This document shows positions 42,114-52,297 of a stretch of DNA of 64,000 nt, one piece after another. Position numbers and translations under genes: made by a program. A model generated the notes under the pieces. The model was not told where the DNA came from. It ran no database searches and saw only the letters and a program-made list of their open reading frames with translations. Each line of letters begins with the position of its first letter. Position 1 is the first letter of the stretch. Origin of the DNA: Faecalibacterium sp. (lineage in GTDB: Bacteria; Bacillota; Clostridia; Oscillospirales; Ruminococcaceae); the NCBI GenBank assembly GCA_020025825.1, contig JAHHRL010000009.1:1783-65782 (forward strand). Direction: 5' to 3'.

Positions 42114-43541
42114 ATGAACACACTGTTGTTTTTACTTCCCATAATGGTTCCTATGACCACGGGTATTTTCGTATTGCTGACAAAACCTAAGCAGTGCAAT
42201 AAGATTTCCTGCATTGCGGCATTGGCTACAGGTATTTGTGCGGGCCTGCCCCTGTTGAGCACCGGCTCGTTTCAGATGAAGATTACCAAAGGTGTTTCTA
42301 TCCTGTTCCGTGTGGACGGCTTGGTGCTGTTTTTTCTTGCTTTGATTTGCACGGCTTTTATCGCAGCTTTGGTATACGCTTGCGAGTACTTAGATGGTGA
42401 TGTGCGTCGTCCGGTATTTTTCGGCTTTACTTTGATGACGCTGGGCGCAATGATGGGCCTGTCTATGGCGGGCAACATCATTACATTCTATATGTTCTTT
42501 GAGCTGATGAGCTTGCTGTCTTTCCCCTTGGTTTTGTACAACGGTGGAAAACGTGCCAGCCAGGCAGCAATGGTTTATTTGGGCTTTTCCGTATTTGGCG
42601 CAAGCTTGGCACTCATGGGTATGATGCTGGGCGGCGAACGTACCATGCAGCCCTTTGCCGGCGGTAATTTTGCTGCTGGTTTAACTTTGAAGGAGCAGCT
42701 GGCTTATTTGCTGATGGCCTTGGGCTTCTCCTGCAAGGCAGGTATGATGCCTTTGGCAAACTGGCTGCCCACTGCACACCCGGTTGCTCCCGCTCCGGCA
42801 AGTGCACTGCTGTCCGGTATTATTACAAAGGCCGGTATCCTGGGTATTATGCGTACCACCTTCTTCCTGTTTGGTGCGCAGAATCTGATGGGCACCTTCC
42901 CCCAGGCTGTGATGCTGGTGCTCAGCATTGCAACCATTTTTGCAGGCTCGATGCTTGCTTATAAGGAAAAGCTGCTGAAAAAGCGTCTGGCATATTCCAG
43001 TGTGAGCCAGCTTTCCTATGTTATTTTCGGTTTGATGCTGCTGAGCCCCGCCGGGTTGAGTGGTGCAATGTTGCAGGTTTTGTTCCATGCGTTCGCAAAG
43101 GTTGGTTTGTTCCTGTGCGCAGGCAGCTTTATCCACCATGCGCATGTCAACTATGTGGACGAACTGACCGGCATGGGCAGACGTATGCCCGGTGTGATGG
43201 CCGCATTTACTTGTTTCTCCTTGTCCTTGGTGGGTATTCCTCCGTTTGGCGGCTTTGTGGCAAAGCTGCAGCTGGCAACCGCTGCACTGGCACAAGGTAG
43301 TGCGCTGGCACAAATCGGCGTTATTATGCTGATGGTGAGTGCGCTGCTTACGGCAGGATATTTGCTGCCCATTGTGGCCCGTGGTTATTTTCCGGGCGAG
43401 GAATTTAAGGCAGAAAAGAAGGATGCCGGCTGGAGAATGCTGTTGCCGCTGTTTGTACTGGCCTTTTTGGCTGCAATTTTGGGTATGTTCCCCAAGGGAA
43501 TTGCAGCATACTTCCAGACCATTGCAGCGGGACTGTTTTAA
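42114..43541 (+). CDS. Antiporter-like subunit 2 (MrpD/NuoM-N type)
   Basis: FFELMS, KAGMMPLANWLP, ITKAG, KRLAYSS, GFVAK. Confidence 0.9.
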   Translation: MNTLLFLLPIMVPMTTGIFVLLTKPKQCNKISCIAALATGICAGLPLLSTGSFQMKITKGVSILFRVDGLVLFFLALICTAFIAALVYACEYLDGDVRRPVFFGFTLMTLGAMMGLSMAGNIITFYMFFELMSLLSFPLVLYNGGKRASQAAMVYLGFSVFGASLALMGMMLGGERTMQPFAGGNFAAGLTLKEQLAYLLMALGFSCKAGMMPLANWLPTAHPVAPAPASALLSGIITKAGILGIMRTTFFLFGAQNLMGTFPQAVMLVLSIATIFAGSMLAYKEKLLKKRLAYSSVSQLSYVIFGLMLLSPAGLSGAMLQVLFHAFAKVGLFLCAGSFIHHAHVNYVDELTGMGRRMPGVMAAFTCFSLSLVGIPPFGGFVAKLQLATAALAQGSALAQIGVIMLMVSALLTAGYLLPIVARGYFPGEEFKAEKKDAGWRMLLPLFVLAFLAAILGMFPKGIAAYFQTIAAGLF

Positions 43542-43553
43542 GGGGTGTTCTGT

Positions 43554-45008
43554 ATGCAGTATCTTATGATTTTTACAATCCTGTTCCCCATGTTGGCAGC
43601 GGGATGCGTTTTTACAAAAAACATTAAAAAGAGTTTGCCTGCGCTGCATAAGTTTGTTTTTGCAGCAACGGTAATTAACAGTATTGCATTGCTGGTGCTG
43701 GTATTTGGCCCGCAGGTCGAGATGCTGCGGCTTTTCCAGTTTTCGGAAAGCTTGCAGGCTGTTTTGGCGGTAGACGGTTTGTCCCGTGTATTTATTCTGA
43801 TTATCTCTATCCTGTGGCCTATTACTACGCTGTATGCATTTGACTACATGGAGCACGAAGGGGAGGAAGTACGCTTTTTCTGCTTCTTCCTGCTTTCCTA
43901 TGGTGTGTCGGCAGGTATTGCGCTGGCAGGCAACCTGGTTACGCTGTATATGTTCTTCGAGCTGCTGACTATGGCTACACTGCCTCTGGTTATGCACAAG
44001 ATGGACGACAAGGCTCGATTTGCCGGTAAGCGCTATCTGATTTACTCCATGGTGGGTGCGTCGCTGGGCTTTATCGCTATCGTATTTATTCAGGTTTACG
44101 GCAATGGCGGAAACTTTACGCTGGGTGGTGTTCTGCCCGCAGGTTTGTCTGCCGAAGTAGTTCAAATGCTGCGTGTCGCATTCACACTGGCATTCTTCGG
44201 CTTTGGTGTTAAGGCAGCATTGTTCCCCATGAGCCTGTGGCTGCCCTCCGCATCTGTGGCACCTACGCCTGTTACCGCACTGCTGCACGCAGCTGCTGTT
44301 GTTAAGGCAGGCGCCTTTGCCTGCATTCGTGTGACCTACTACAGCTTTGGCACCGAAATTTTGCGTGGCTCCTTTGCACAGTACATCCCCATGGTGGCAG
44401 CTATCATTACGATTGCGGGCGGCTCCTTGTTGGCACTGCGCAGCAACCACCTGAAGCGCCGCTTGGCTTGGTCTACAGTAAGTAACCTGTCTTACATTTT
44501 GTTTGCGGCCTTGCTTATGACCGACTTGGGCTTAAAGGCAGCTTGCATGCACATGCTGGCACACGCTTTTATTAAGATTACACTGTTCTTTGGTGTTGGC
44601 TCTGTTCTGGTTTCTGCCGGAAAAGAATATCTGGACGAAATTGGCGGTTTGGCCTACCGTATGCCCGTTACATTTGCCTGCTTTGTCATTGCTTCTACAG
44701 CACTGATGGGTGTTCCGCCCATGCCGGGCTTCTTTAGTAAGTGGGCAATCGGCAGCGCAGCAGCAGGCGGCGGTGCTTTGGAAATTATCGGCATTGGTGC
44801 GCTGATGGTATCTGCGTTCCTGACGGCAATTTATTTGATGAGCATTGTTTCTGCCGCATATTTCCCGGCAGACGGCAAGAAGCAAGTTGGTCCCAGTTTG
44901 GAAAAGCCCCGTATGGCATTTACCCAGGTTACCCTTTGCGTGCTGATTGTGGCAATGGGCGTTTTTAATCAGGTAATCCAGTCCGGCTTGGACCATTGGC
45001 TGTTTTAA
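43554..45008 (+). CDS. Antiporter-like subunit 3 (with MrpA/NuoL-like TM8)
   Basis: FFELLT, KAALFPMSLWLP, APTPVTALLHAAAVVKAG, GFFSK. Confidence 0.9.
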   Translation: MQYLMIFTILFPMLAAGCVFTKNIKKSLPALHKFVFAATVINSIALLVLVFGPQVEMLRLFQFSESLQAVLAVDGLSRVFILIISILWPITTLYAFDYMEHEGEEVRFFCFFLLSYGVSAGIALAGNLVTLYMFFELLTMATLPLVMHKMDDKARFAGKRYLIYSMVGASLGFIAIVFIQVYGNGGNFTLGGVLPAGLSAEVVQMLRVAFTLAFFGFGVKAALFPMSLWLPSASVAPTPVTALLHAAAVVKAGAFACIRVTYYSFGTEILRGSFAQYIPMVAAIITIAGGSLLALRSNHLKRRLAWSTVSNLSYILFAALLMTDLGLKAACMHMLAHAFIKITLFFGVGSVLVSAGKEYLDEIGGLAYRMPVTFACFVIASTALMGVPPMPGFFSKWAIGSAAAGGGALEIIGIGALMVSAFLTAIYLMSIVSAAYFPADGKKQVGPSLEKPRMAFTQVTLCVLIVAMGVFNQVIQSGLDHWLF

Positions 45009-45024
45009 TTAGGAGGAGAATGCA

Positions 45025-46947
45025 ATGAACGTATTACCTATTTCGGTTGTCGGCTGCGTTTTGCTCCCGATGTTAGCCGCACCGATTGCTTATTTGTGGC
45101 AGCGCCGCAATGAAAAGGCCGGTTACGTATTAACCAGCGTGATTTGCTTTTTGGCATTAGCTGCTGCTGGATTTATCTATGCAGCAGGGGAGGGCAGCTT
45201 TGCTGTACCGGACCTTTTCCTGCTGGGCTGCACCTTTACTGCGGGCGGCTTCCATAATGTATTTGGCTTACTGTGTGCAGCCATGTTCTTTATGAGTTCT
45301 TTGGCAAACCCCGCCTACTTCCGTGGCGAGTCCCGTGCAGAGCGATACAGCGCATTTTTGCTGCTGGCTTTAGGCAGCACGATGGGCGTGTTCTATGCAG
45401 GTGATTTGTTTACCCTGTACATCTGCTTTGAAATCATGTCCTTTGCATCTTGGGTATGGGTAGCACACAACGAAAACAAAGCAGCACAAAAAGCTGCTGA
45501 TACTTACTTGGGTATGGCCATGATTGGCGGCTTGGTGATGCTGTACGGCTTGTTTGTTCTGTACAATATGTTCGGCACGCTTTCTTTGGCAGAACTGCCT
45601 GAGCTGGCTGCTGCCTATCCGAACCAGAAGAAGCTGCTGCTGCCTGCAATTTGCATGCTGATTGGTTTTGGTACTAAGGTTGGTATGTTCCCGCTCCATG
45701 TATGGCTGCCTAAGGCATACCCGGCTGCACCGGCTCCCGCCAGTGCGCTGTTGTCCAGTATCCTGACAAAGTCCGGTGTTTTGGGCATTTTGCTGATTGT
45801 ACTGTGCCTGATGTGGGGCAACCAGACCTTTATGATGCTGCTGTTGGTACTGGGATGCATCACGATGGTACTGGGTGCAGTGCTTGCAGTGTTCTCCATG
45901 GACCTGAAGCGCACACTGGCTTGTTCTTCACTTTCCCAGATTGGCTTTATTCTGGTAGGCATCTCCATGTTTACCATGGGCCAGGAAACCGCTTTGGCAG
46001 CCGGTGGTGTAATGAGCCACGCAATCAACCACGCACTGACCAAGTTGGTGCTGTTTGTATGCGCAGGCGTCATCTTTAAGCGCACACACACCTTGGACTT
46101 GAACAAACTGAAGGGCGCAGGACGCAACTGCCTGCCTTTGAAGATTTGCTTCTTAATCAGCGGTATGTCTCTGGCTGGTGTACCCGGTTTTGGCGGCTAT
46201 ATCAGCAAGACCTTGCTGCACGAAAGCATTGTGCATCAGATGCACTTGCAGCAGGGCGTGATGGTTGATATTTTGAGTGCAGCGGAATGGGCGTTCCTGA
46301 TTTCCGGTGGTTTGACTGCTGCTTACATGACGAAACTGTTTGTTAAGATTTTTGTCCAGAAGCCGGACGGCGAGAGTCATCTGGTTAAGATGGACAAGGG
46401 CAGCCTTATTGCGGTAGTGCCTACTGCGGCTGCACTGCTTGTGATGGGCTTACTGCCCAGCTTAACCTACGAGAAGATTGGTGCTTATGCAGCTGCTTCT
46501 CTGAGCAGTGAACCCTTTGCGGTATCTTACTTTATTTGGGAAAATCTGAAGGGTGCAGTAATTTCTCTTGCTATTGGTGCACTGGTCTATTTTGTGTTCG
46601 TTCGCCATCTGCTTACGGACAAGCGCAGCAACACCTACGTTTATGCTACCAACCTGATTGATTTGGAGGATGACGTGTATCGTCCCTTGCTGAATCTGGC
46701 TGCTTTTGTGGGTGCGTTTGCAGCACGTGTATGCTACAGCGTAACTGACTTTGTAGCAGGCGGAATGAACTGGCTGATGCATCTGGGTGCAACCGAGCGT
46801 GTTACACCGGGCAAGGACCACCACTTTGGCCATTACTCCAAGGCTTATGTAAAGATGAATGCAATTTTGCAGACGTTGCAATTTGAGCTGATGCTGTTTG
46901 GTATTGGTGTGGTTGTTACACTGGTATACTTATTGATTAACCTTTAA
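45025..46947 (+). CDS. Antiporter-like subunit 4, long form (HyfB/NuoL-like)
   Basis: CFEIMS, KVGMFPLHVWLP, LTKSG, GYISKTLLHE; 640 aa with a C-terminal extension. Confidence 0.88.
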   Translation: MNVLPISVVGCVLLPMLAAPIAYLWQRRNEKAGYVLTSVICFLALAAAGFIYAAGEGSFAVPDLFLLGCTFTAGGFHNVFGLLCAAMFFMSSLANPAYFRGESRAERYSAFLLLALGSTMGVFYAGDLFTLYICFEIMSFASWVWVAHNENKAAQKAADTYLGMAMIGGLVMLYGLFVLYNMFGTLSLAELPELAAAYPNQKKLLLPAICMLIGFGTKVGMFPLHVWLPKAYPAAPAPASALLSSILTKSGVLGILLIVLCLMWGNQTFMMLLLVLGCITMVLGAVLAVFSMDLKRTLACSSLSQIGFILVGISMFTMGQETALAAGGVMSHAINHALTKLVLFVCAGVIFKRTHTLDLNKLKGAGRNCLPLKICFLISGMSLAGVPGFGGYISKTLLHESIVHQMHLQQGVMVDILSAAEWAFLISGGLTAAYMTKLFVKIFVQKPDGESHLVKMDKGSLIAVVPTAAALLVMGLLPSLTYEKIGAYAAASLSSEPFAVSYFIWENLKGAVISLAIGALVYFVFVRHLLTDKRSNTYVYATNLIDLEDDVYRPLLNLAAFVGAFAARVCYSVTDFVAGGMNWLMHLGATERVTPGKDHHFGHYSKAYVKMNAILQTLQFELMLFGIGVVVTLVYLLINL

Positions 46948-46958
46948 TTTGTAGAAAT

Positions 46959-47001
46959 AAAAACGAACCGTATGCCTAAAATGGCATACGGTTCGTTTTT
47001 T
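46959..47001 (+). terminator. Terminator ending the Mrp-like operon
   Basis: AAAACGAACCGTATGCC...GGCATACGGTTCGTTTTT. Confidence 0.85.
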
Positions 47002-47074
47002 AGGATTGAGAAGAACAAAACACGACAAAAAATCATTTTTTCTCTGTATTAACAAAAAATTTTCGGGAAAACTG

Positions 47075-47103
47075 TTGACATCAACAAAACAAAAGTATAC
47101 ACT
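47075..47103 (+). promoter_or_regulatory. str operon promoter
   Basis: TTGACA-N17-TACACT. Confidence 0.75.
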
Positions 47104-47237
47104 ATCAGTGTTGTGCTTTGCCGCACAATTGTATCAATTTTTACGTTGTTTCGGCGGGTTTCCGCCTAAACATAAATCGAGGGGTGCAGACGCGATTGCG
47201 TACTGTCATCCTAATAATGGAAAGAAAGGAGAACAAA

Positions 47238-47660
47238 ATGCCTACTTTTAACCAGCTGGTTCGCAATGGTCGTAACGTCCTGGCTACTAAGAGCACCGCT
47301 CCCGCACTGCAGAAGGGTTACAACTCCCTGAAGAAGGAGTACACCAATCTGGAGAGCCCTCAGAAGCGTGGTGTTTGCACCGCCGTTCGTACTATGACCC
47401 CCAAGAAGCCCAACTCTGCACTGCGTAAGGTTGCTCGTGTCCGCCTGACGAATGGTATTGAGGTTACCTCTTACATTCCCGGTATCGGCCACAACCTGCA
47501 GGAGCACTCTGTTGTGCTGATCCGCGGTGGCCGTGTCAAGGACTTGCCCGGTGTTCGTTACCACATCATCCGTGGTACTCTGGATACCCAGGGTGTCAAT
47601 GGTCGTATGCAGGCCCGTTCCAAGTACGGTGCTAAGCGTCCCAAGGCCGCAAAGAAGTAA
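47238..47660 (+). CDS. rpsL: 30S ribosomal protein S12
   Basis: [30 protein letters not shown]. Confidence 0.99.
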   Translation: MPTFNQLVRNGRNVLATKSTAPALQKGYNSLKKEYTNLESPQKRGVCTAVRTMTPKKPNSALRKVARVRLTNGIEVTSYIPGIGHNLQEHSVVLIRGGRVKDLPGVRYHIIRGTLDTQGVNGRMQARSKYGAKRPKAAKK

Positions 47661-47834
47661 TTCTTTACACAACCTAATCATTGTTCGCCATTAAAGGCTT
47701 TCCATATAAATAACAAGTTCGGCCTCGCGGCTGGATGGTAACGGTTTATGCAGGATTGCTCTTTATGACACAACGGGGGCCGAAAGACGGCCTTCGAGTA
47801 CCGATGATATCATTCTATGAAGGAGGGAAGAAAG

Positions 47835-48305
47835 ATGCCTAGAAGAGGTAACATTGCAAAGCGTGATGTTCTGGCAGATCCTATTTACAATTCCAAGCTG
47901 GTGACCCGCCTGGTCAACAGCGTTATGCTGGATGGCAAGAAGGGCGTTGCCCAGAAGATCGTTTACGACGCTTTCAACATGATCCAGGAGAAGAGCGGTA
48001 ATGATCCGCTGGAAATGTTCGAAAAGGCTATGGAGAACATTATGCCTAGCCTGGAGTGCAAGACTCGCCGTGTGGGTGGTTCTAACTATCAGGTTCCCCT
48101 GGAAGTTAGCCCTGCTCGTCGTGAGACCCTGGGCCTGCGTTGGTTGACTCAGTACAGCCGTGTACGTGGTGAAAAGACCATGTGCGAGCGTCTGTGCAAC
48201 GAGATCATCGACGCAAGCAACAACACCGGCGCTGCTGTTAAGAAGCGTGAGGACGTCCACAAGATGGCTGAAGCTAACAAGGCTTTTGCTCATTTCCGTT
48301 ATTGA
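47835..48305 (+). CDS. rpsG: 30S ribosomal protein S7
   Basis: [28 protein letters not shown]. Confidence 0.99.
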   Translation: MPRRGNIAKRDVLADPIYNSKLVTRLVNSVMLDGKKGVAQKIVYDAFNMIQEKSGNDPLEMFEKAMENIMPSLECKTRRVGGSNYQVPLEVSPARRETLGLRWLTQYSRVRGEKTMCERLCNEIIDASNNTGAAVKKREDVHKMAEANKAFAHFRY

Positions 48306-48333
48306 TCCAGTGTCGATTTAGGAGGTTAATTTC

Positions 48334-50460
48334 ATGGCTACTCCCAGAGAAGTTTCTCTGCAGATGACGAGAAATATCGGCATCATGGCACATATCGACG
48401 CAGGTAAGACCACCACTACCGAGCGTATCCTGTACTACACCGGTGTTAACCACAAGATCGGTGAAACTCACGATGGTTCCGCTACGATGGACTGGATGGC
48501 ACAGGAGCAGGAGCGTGGTATTACCATTACGTCTGCTGCTACCACCTGCTACTGGAGTCACTCTGACTTCCACAATGACGCTGCTGCGGCGAAGAAGAAT
48601 CGTCACCGCATCAACATCATCGACACCCCGGGCCACGTCGACTTTACTGTCGAAGTTCAGCGCTCTCTGCGTGTCCTGGACGGTTCTGTTACCGTTCTGG
48701 CTGCTAAGGGCGGTGTTGAGCCCCAGTCTGAGACCGTTTGGCGTCAGGCTGACGAGTACAAAGTCCCCCGTATGGTTTACGTCAACAAGATGGATACCAT
48801 GGGTGCTGACTTCTACCGTTGTGTTGAGATGCTGCACGAGCGTCTGCACGCTAATGGCGTGCCGATTCAGCTGCCTATCGGCAAGGAAGACACCTTTAAG
48901 GGTTTGATCGACCTGGTCGAGATGAAGGCTGAAGTTTACTACGATGACATGGGCAACGACATGCGTGTGGAGGAAATCCCCGCTGACATGATGGACGATG
49001 CTCAGATGTACCACGACCAGCTGGTCGAGGCTGTCGCATCCAGCGACGAAGCTCTGATGGAGAAGTACCTTGAGGAAGGCGACCTGAGCGTTGCTGAAAT
49101 CAAGATGGGCCTGCGTAAGGCTACTCTGTCTAACGAGATCGTTCCTGTTACCTGTGGTTCTTCTTACAAGAACAAGGGTGTTCAGAAGCTGCTGGACGCT
49201 ATCGTAGACTATATGCCCGCTCCCACTGATGTTGAGGACATTAAGGGCGTTAACCCCGATACCGGCGAAGAGGAGACTCGTCCTTCTGACGACAACGCTC
49301 CCTTTGCTGCACTGGCATTTAAGATTGCTACCGACCCGTTCGTTGGTAAGCTGGCATACTTCCGCGTCTACTCCGGTAAGGTCGAGGCAGGTACCACTGT
49401 TTACAACTCCGTTAAGGATAGCAACGAGCGTATGGGCCGCATTCTGCAGATGCACTCTAACCACCGTAAGGACATTGATGTTTGCTACGCAGGCGATATT
49501 GCTGCTGTTGTTGGTTTGAAGAACACCACCACCGGCGATACTCTGTGTGACGAGCGTCATCCGATCATCCTGGAGTCTATGAACTTCCCGGAGCCCGTTA
49601 TCCGTGTTGCTATCGAGCCTAAGACTAAGGCTGGTAACGAAAAGATGGGTATCGCTCTGGCAAAGCTGGCTGAGGAAGATCCCACCTTTAAGACCTACAC
49701 CGATGAGGAAACCGGTCAGACCATTATCGCCGGCATGGGCGAGCTGCACCTGGAAATCATCGTTGACCGTCTGCTGCGTGAGTTCAAGGTTGAGGCTAAC
49801 GTTGGTGCGCCTCAGGTTGCTTACCGTGAAACCATTCGCAAGGAAGCTAACCAGGATACCAAGTATGCACGTCAGTCCGGTGGTAAGGGCCAGTACGGTC
49901 ACGTTAAGATTAAGATCGAGCCCAACGAGCCCGGTAAGGGTTACGAGTTTATCAACGATGTTGTTGGCGGTGCTATTCCGAAGGAATACATCCCCGCAGT
50001 TGATAACGGTATCCAGGGCGCAATGAAGACCGGCATCTTGGCAGGTTACCCTGTTGTTGACGTCAAGGTCAGCCTGTACGATGGTTCCTATCACGAGGTC
50101 GACTCCTCTGAAATGGCTTTCTCCATCGCAGGTTCTATGGCTTTCAAGGAAGCTATGCGTAAGGCAGATCCTATCATCACCGAGCCTATCATGAAGGTTG
50201 CAGTTGTTGTGCCTGATGAGTACTTGGGCGATGTTATCGGTGACCTGAACAGCCGCCGTGGCCAGATCCAGGGCATGGAAGCTATGAATGGTACCCAGCG
50301 TGTTAACGCTATGGTTCCTCTGGCTCAGATGTTCGGTTATGCTACCGACCTGCGTTCCAAGACTCAGGGCCGTGGCCAGTATTCTATGGAGCCCTCTCAC
50401 TACGAGCCGGTTCCCAAGAACATTGCTGAAACCATTATTGCTGGTCGTGCAAAGGACTAA
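48334..50460 (+). CDS. fusA: Elongation factor G
   Basis: [34 protein letters not shown]. Confidence 0.99.
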   Translation: MATPREVSLQMTRNIGIMAHIDAGKTTTTERILYYTGVNHKIGETHDGSATMDWMAQEQERGITITSAATTCYWSHSDFHNDAAAAKKNRHRINIIDTPGHVDFTVEVQRSLRVLDGSVTVLAAKGGVEPQSETVWRQADEYKVPRMVYVNKMDTMGADFYRCVEMLHERLHANGVPIQLPIGKEDTFKGLIDLVEMKAEVYYDDMGNDMRVEEIPADMMDDAQMYHDQLVEAVASSDEALMEKYLEEGDLSVAEIKMGLRKATLSNEIVPVTCGSSYKNKGVQKLLDAIVDYMPAPTDVEDIKGVNPDTGEEETRPSDDNAPFAALAFKIATDPFVGKLAYFRVYSGKVEAGTTVYNSVKDSNERMGRILQMHSNHRKDIDVCYAGDIAAVVGLKNTTTGDTLCDERHPIILESMNFPEPVIRVAIEPKTKAGNEKMGIALAKLAEEDPTFKTYTDEETGQTIIAGMGELHLEIIVDRLLREFKVEANVGAPQVAYRETIRKEANQDTKYARQSGGKGQYGHVKIKIEPNEPGKGYEFINDVVGGAIPKEYIPAVDNGIQGAMKTGILAGYPVVDVKVSLYDGSYHEVDSSEMAFSIAGSMAFKEAMRKADPIITEPIMKVAVVVPDEYLGDVIGDLNSRRGQIQGMEAMNGTQRVNAMVPLAQMFGYATDLRSKTQGRGQYSMEPSHYEPVPKNIAETIIAGRAKD

Positions 50461-50495
50461 TTCCTGTGTATGAACGGTAAAAGCGGCAAAATCTC

Positions 50496-50524
50496 TTGAT
50501 TTTGCTGCTACCATTTAGTAGAAT
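50496..50524 (+). promoter_or_regulatory. Internal tuf promoter
   Basis: TTGATT-N17-TAGAAT, overlapping an inverted repeat AGCGGCAAAATC/GATTTTGCTGCT. Confidence 0.6.
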
Positions 50525-50586
50525 AGCATTGCATGTACAATGCTGTTATAACCAAAGATGACTTCACATTCAAGGAGGACATTACA

Positions 50587-51792
50587 ATGGCTGAAAAGGC
50601 AAAATTTGACCGCTCCTTGCCCCACGTTAACATCGGCACCATTGGCCACGTTGACCACGGCAAGACCACCACTACTGCTGCTATTACTAAGGTTCTGTCT
50701 ATGGAGGGCGGCGCAGACTTCCAGGACTATGCTAACATCGACAAGGCTCCCGAAGAGCGCGAGCGTGGTATTACCATTAACTCTGCACACGTTGAGTACA
50801 GCACCAAGAACCGTCACTACGCACACGTTGACTGCCCGGGCCACGCTGACTACGTTAAGAACATGATCACTGGTGCTGCTCAGATGGACGGCGCTATCCT
50901 GGTTGTTTCTGCTTCCGACGGTCCCATGCCCCAGACTCGTGAGCACATCCTGCTGTCCCGTCAGGTCGGCGTTCCCTACATCGTTGTTTTCATGAACAAG
51001 GTTGACCAGGTTGACGACCCCGAGCTGCTGGATCTGGTTGAGATGGAGATCCGTGATCTGCTGAACGAGTACGACTTCCCCGGCGACGACACCCCCATCG
51101 TGAAGGGTTCTGCACTGGGCGTTCTGGAGAGCACCAGCACCGATCCCAACGCTCCTGAGTATGCTTGCATCCACGAGCTGATGGACGCTGTTGACAGCTA
51201 CATCCCCACTCCTGACCGTATGGCTGACAAGCCCTTCCTGATGCCCGTTGAGGACGTCATGACCATCTCTGGCCGTGGTACTGTTGCTACCGGCCGTGTT
51301 GAGCGTGGTACTGCTAAGATCGGCGACCAGGTTGAGATCGTTGGCCTGAAGCCCGAGAAGCTGACCTCCACCATCACTGGTCTGGAAATGTTCCGCAAGA
51401 GCCTGGAGTACACTCAGGCTGGCGATAACATCGGCGCTCTGCTGCGTGGTGTTGACCGTAACCAGATCGAGCGTGGCCAGGTTCTGGCTAAGCCCGGTTC
51501 CGTACACCCCCACACCGTTTTCGACGGTCAGGTGTACGTCCTGAAGAAGGAAGAAGGCGGCCGTCACACTCCGTTCTTCTCTAACTACCGTCCTCAGTTC
51601 TACTTCCGTACTACTGACGTAACCGGTATCATCGAGCTGCCCGAAGGCACCGAGATGTGCATGCCTGGCGATAACGTTACCATGCACGTTAGCCTGATCA
51701 CTCCTATCGCTATGGAAGAGGGCCTGCGTTTCGCTATCCGTGAGGGTGGCCGTACCGTTGGTTCTGGCGTTGTTTCCAAGATCTACGAATAA
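50587..51792 (+). CDS. tuf: Elongation factor Tu
   Basis: [28 protein letters not shown]. Confidence 0.99.
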   Translation: MAEKAKFDRSLPHVNIGTIGHVDHGKTTTTAAITKVLSMEGGADFQDYANIDKAPEERERGITINSAHVEYSTKNRHYAHVDCPGHADYVKNMITGAAQMDGAILVVSASDGPMPQTREHILLSRQVGVPYIVVFMNKVDQVDDPELLDLVEMEIRDLLNEYDFPGDDTPIVKGSALGVLESTSTDPNAPEYACIHELMDAVDSYIPTPDRMADKPFLMPVEDVMTISGRGTVATGRVERGTAKIGDQVEIVGLKPEKLTSTITGLEMFRKSLEYTQAGDNIGALLRGVDRNQIERGQVLAKPGSVHPHTVFDGQVYVLKKEEGGRHTPFFSNYRPQFYFRTTDVTGIIELPEGTEMCMPGDNVTMHVSLITPIAMEEGLRFAIREGGRTVGSGVVSKIYE

Positions 51793-51835
51793 TTTTCGTT
51801 TTTAACCCTAGCATAAATTGTATTCGGCTGATTGG

Positions 51836-51872
51836 GAGCCTCTGCTGTGAAAACAGCAGAGGCTCTTTTTTT
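51836..51872 (+). terminator. str operon terminator
   Basis: GAGCCTCTGCTGT...ACAGCAGAGGCTC plus T-tract. Confidence 0.85.
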
Positions 51873-52297
51873 GTTTGTTGTGAAGAAAAAGGCTGTTTAA
51901 TACATATAGGGGAGATATGCTATTGTGATAGCACACAAATATTTTAGTGGAAAGCTTTGAAAAAAGTGACCGCTAAAGGATGGGAATAACAATAGTTATA
52001 GAGTATTTGTGACGTAATTGAGAAATACTAATGTAGGTCAAGCAAAATAGTATCTGCAACGATAGGAGCAAAGCGAAAAAGTATCAGTTGTATTGTTCAG
52101 AGATAAAATGAGCTTTAACAAGGGAAAGTACCGCTATTTGTGTAAGAAAATCCTGATTTTTTGAGAAATATTTCTTGATTAGAATGAATAAAAGGTTGTA
52201 TAGTATATAAATATGCGGCATTTGGAAGAAAATATTATAGTTTATTCAAAAGTTGCTGATATAATAAAAATGTTTAGTGAAAGGGGAGGTTTGTTCG

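Noticed and set aside
48274..51687. Antisense ORFs opposite fusA and tuf (similar ones lie opposite feoB, pgm, secA and the Mrp genes)
   Set aside because: Same shadow-ORF artefact
51873..52297. AT-rich spacer checked for CRISPR repeats, riboswitch or small ORF
   Set aside because: No periodic repeats, recognisable aptamer or supported ORF seen
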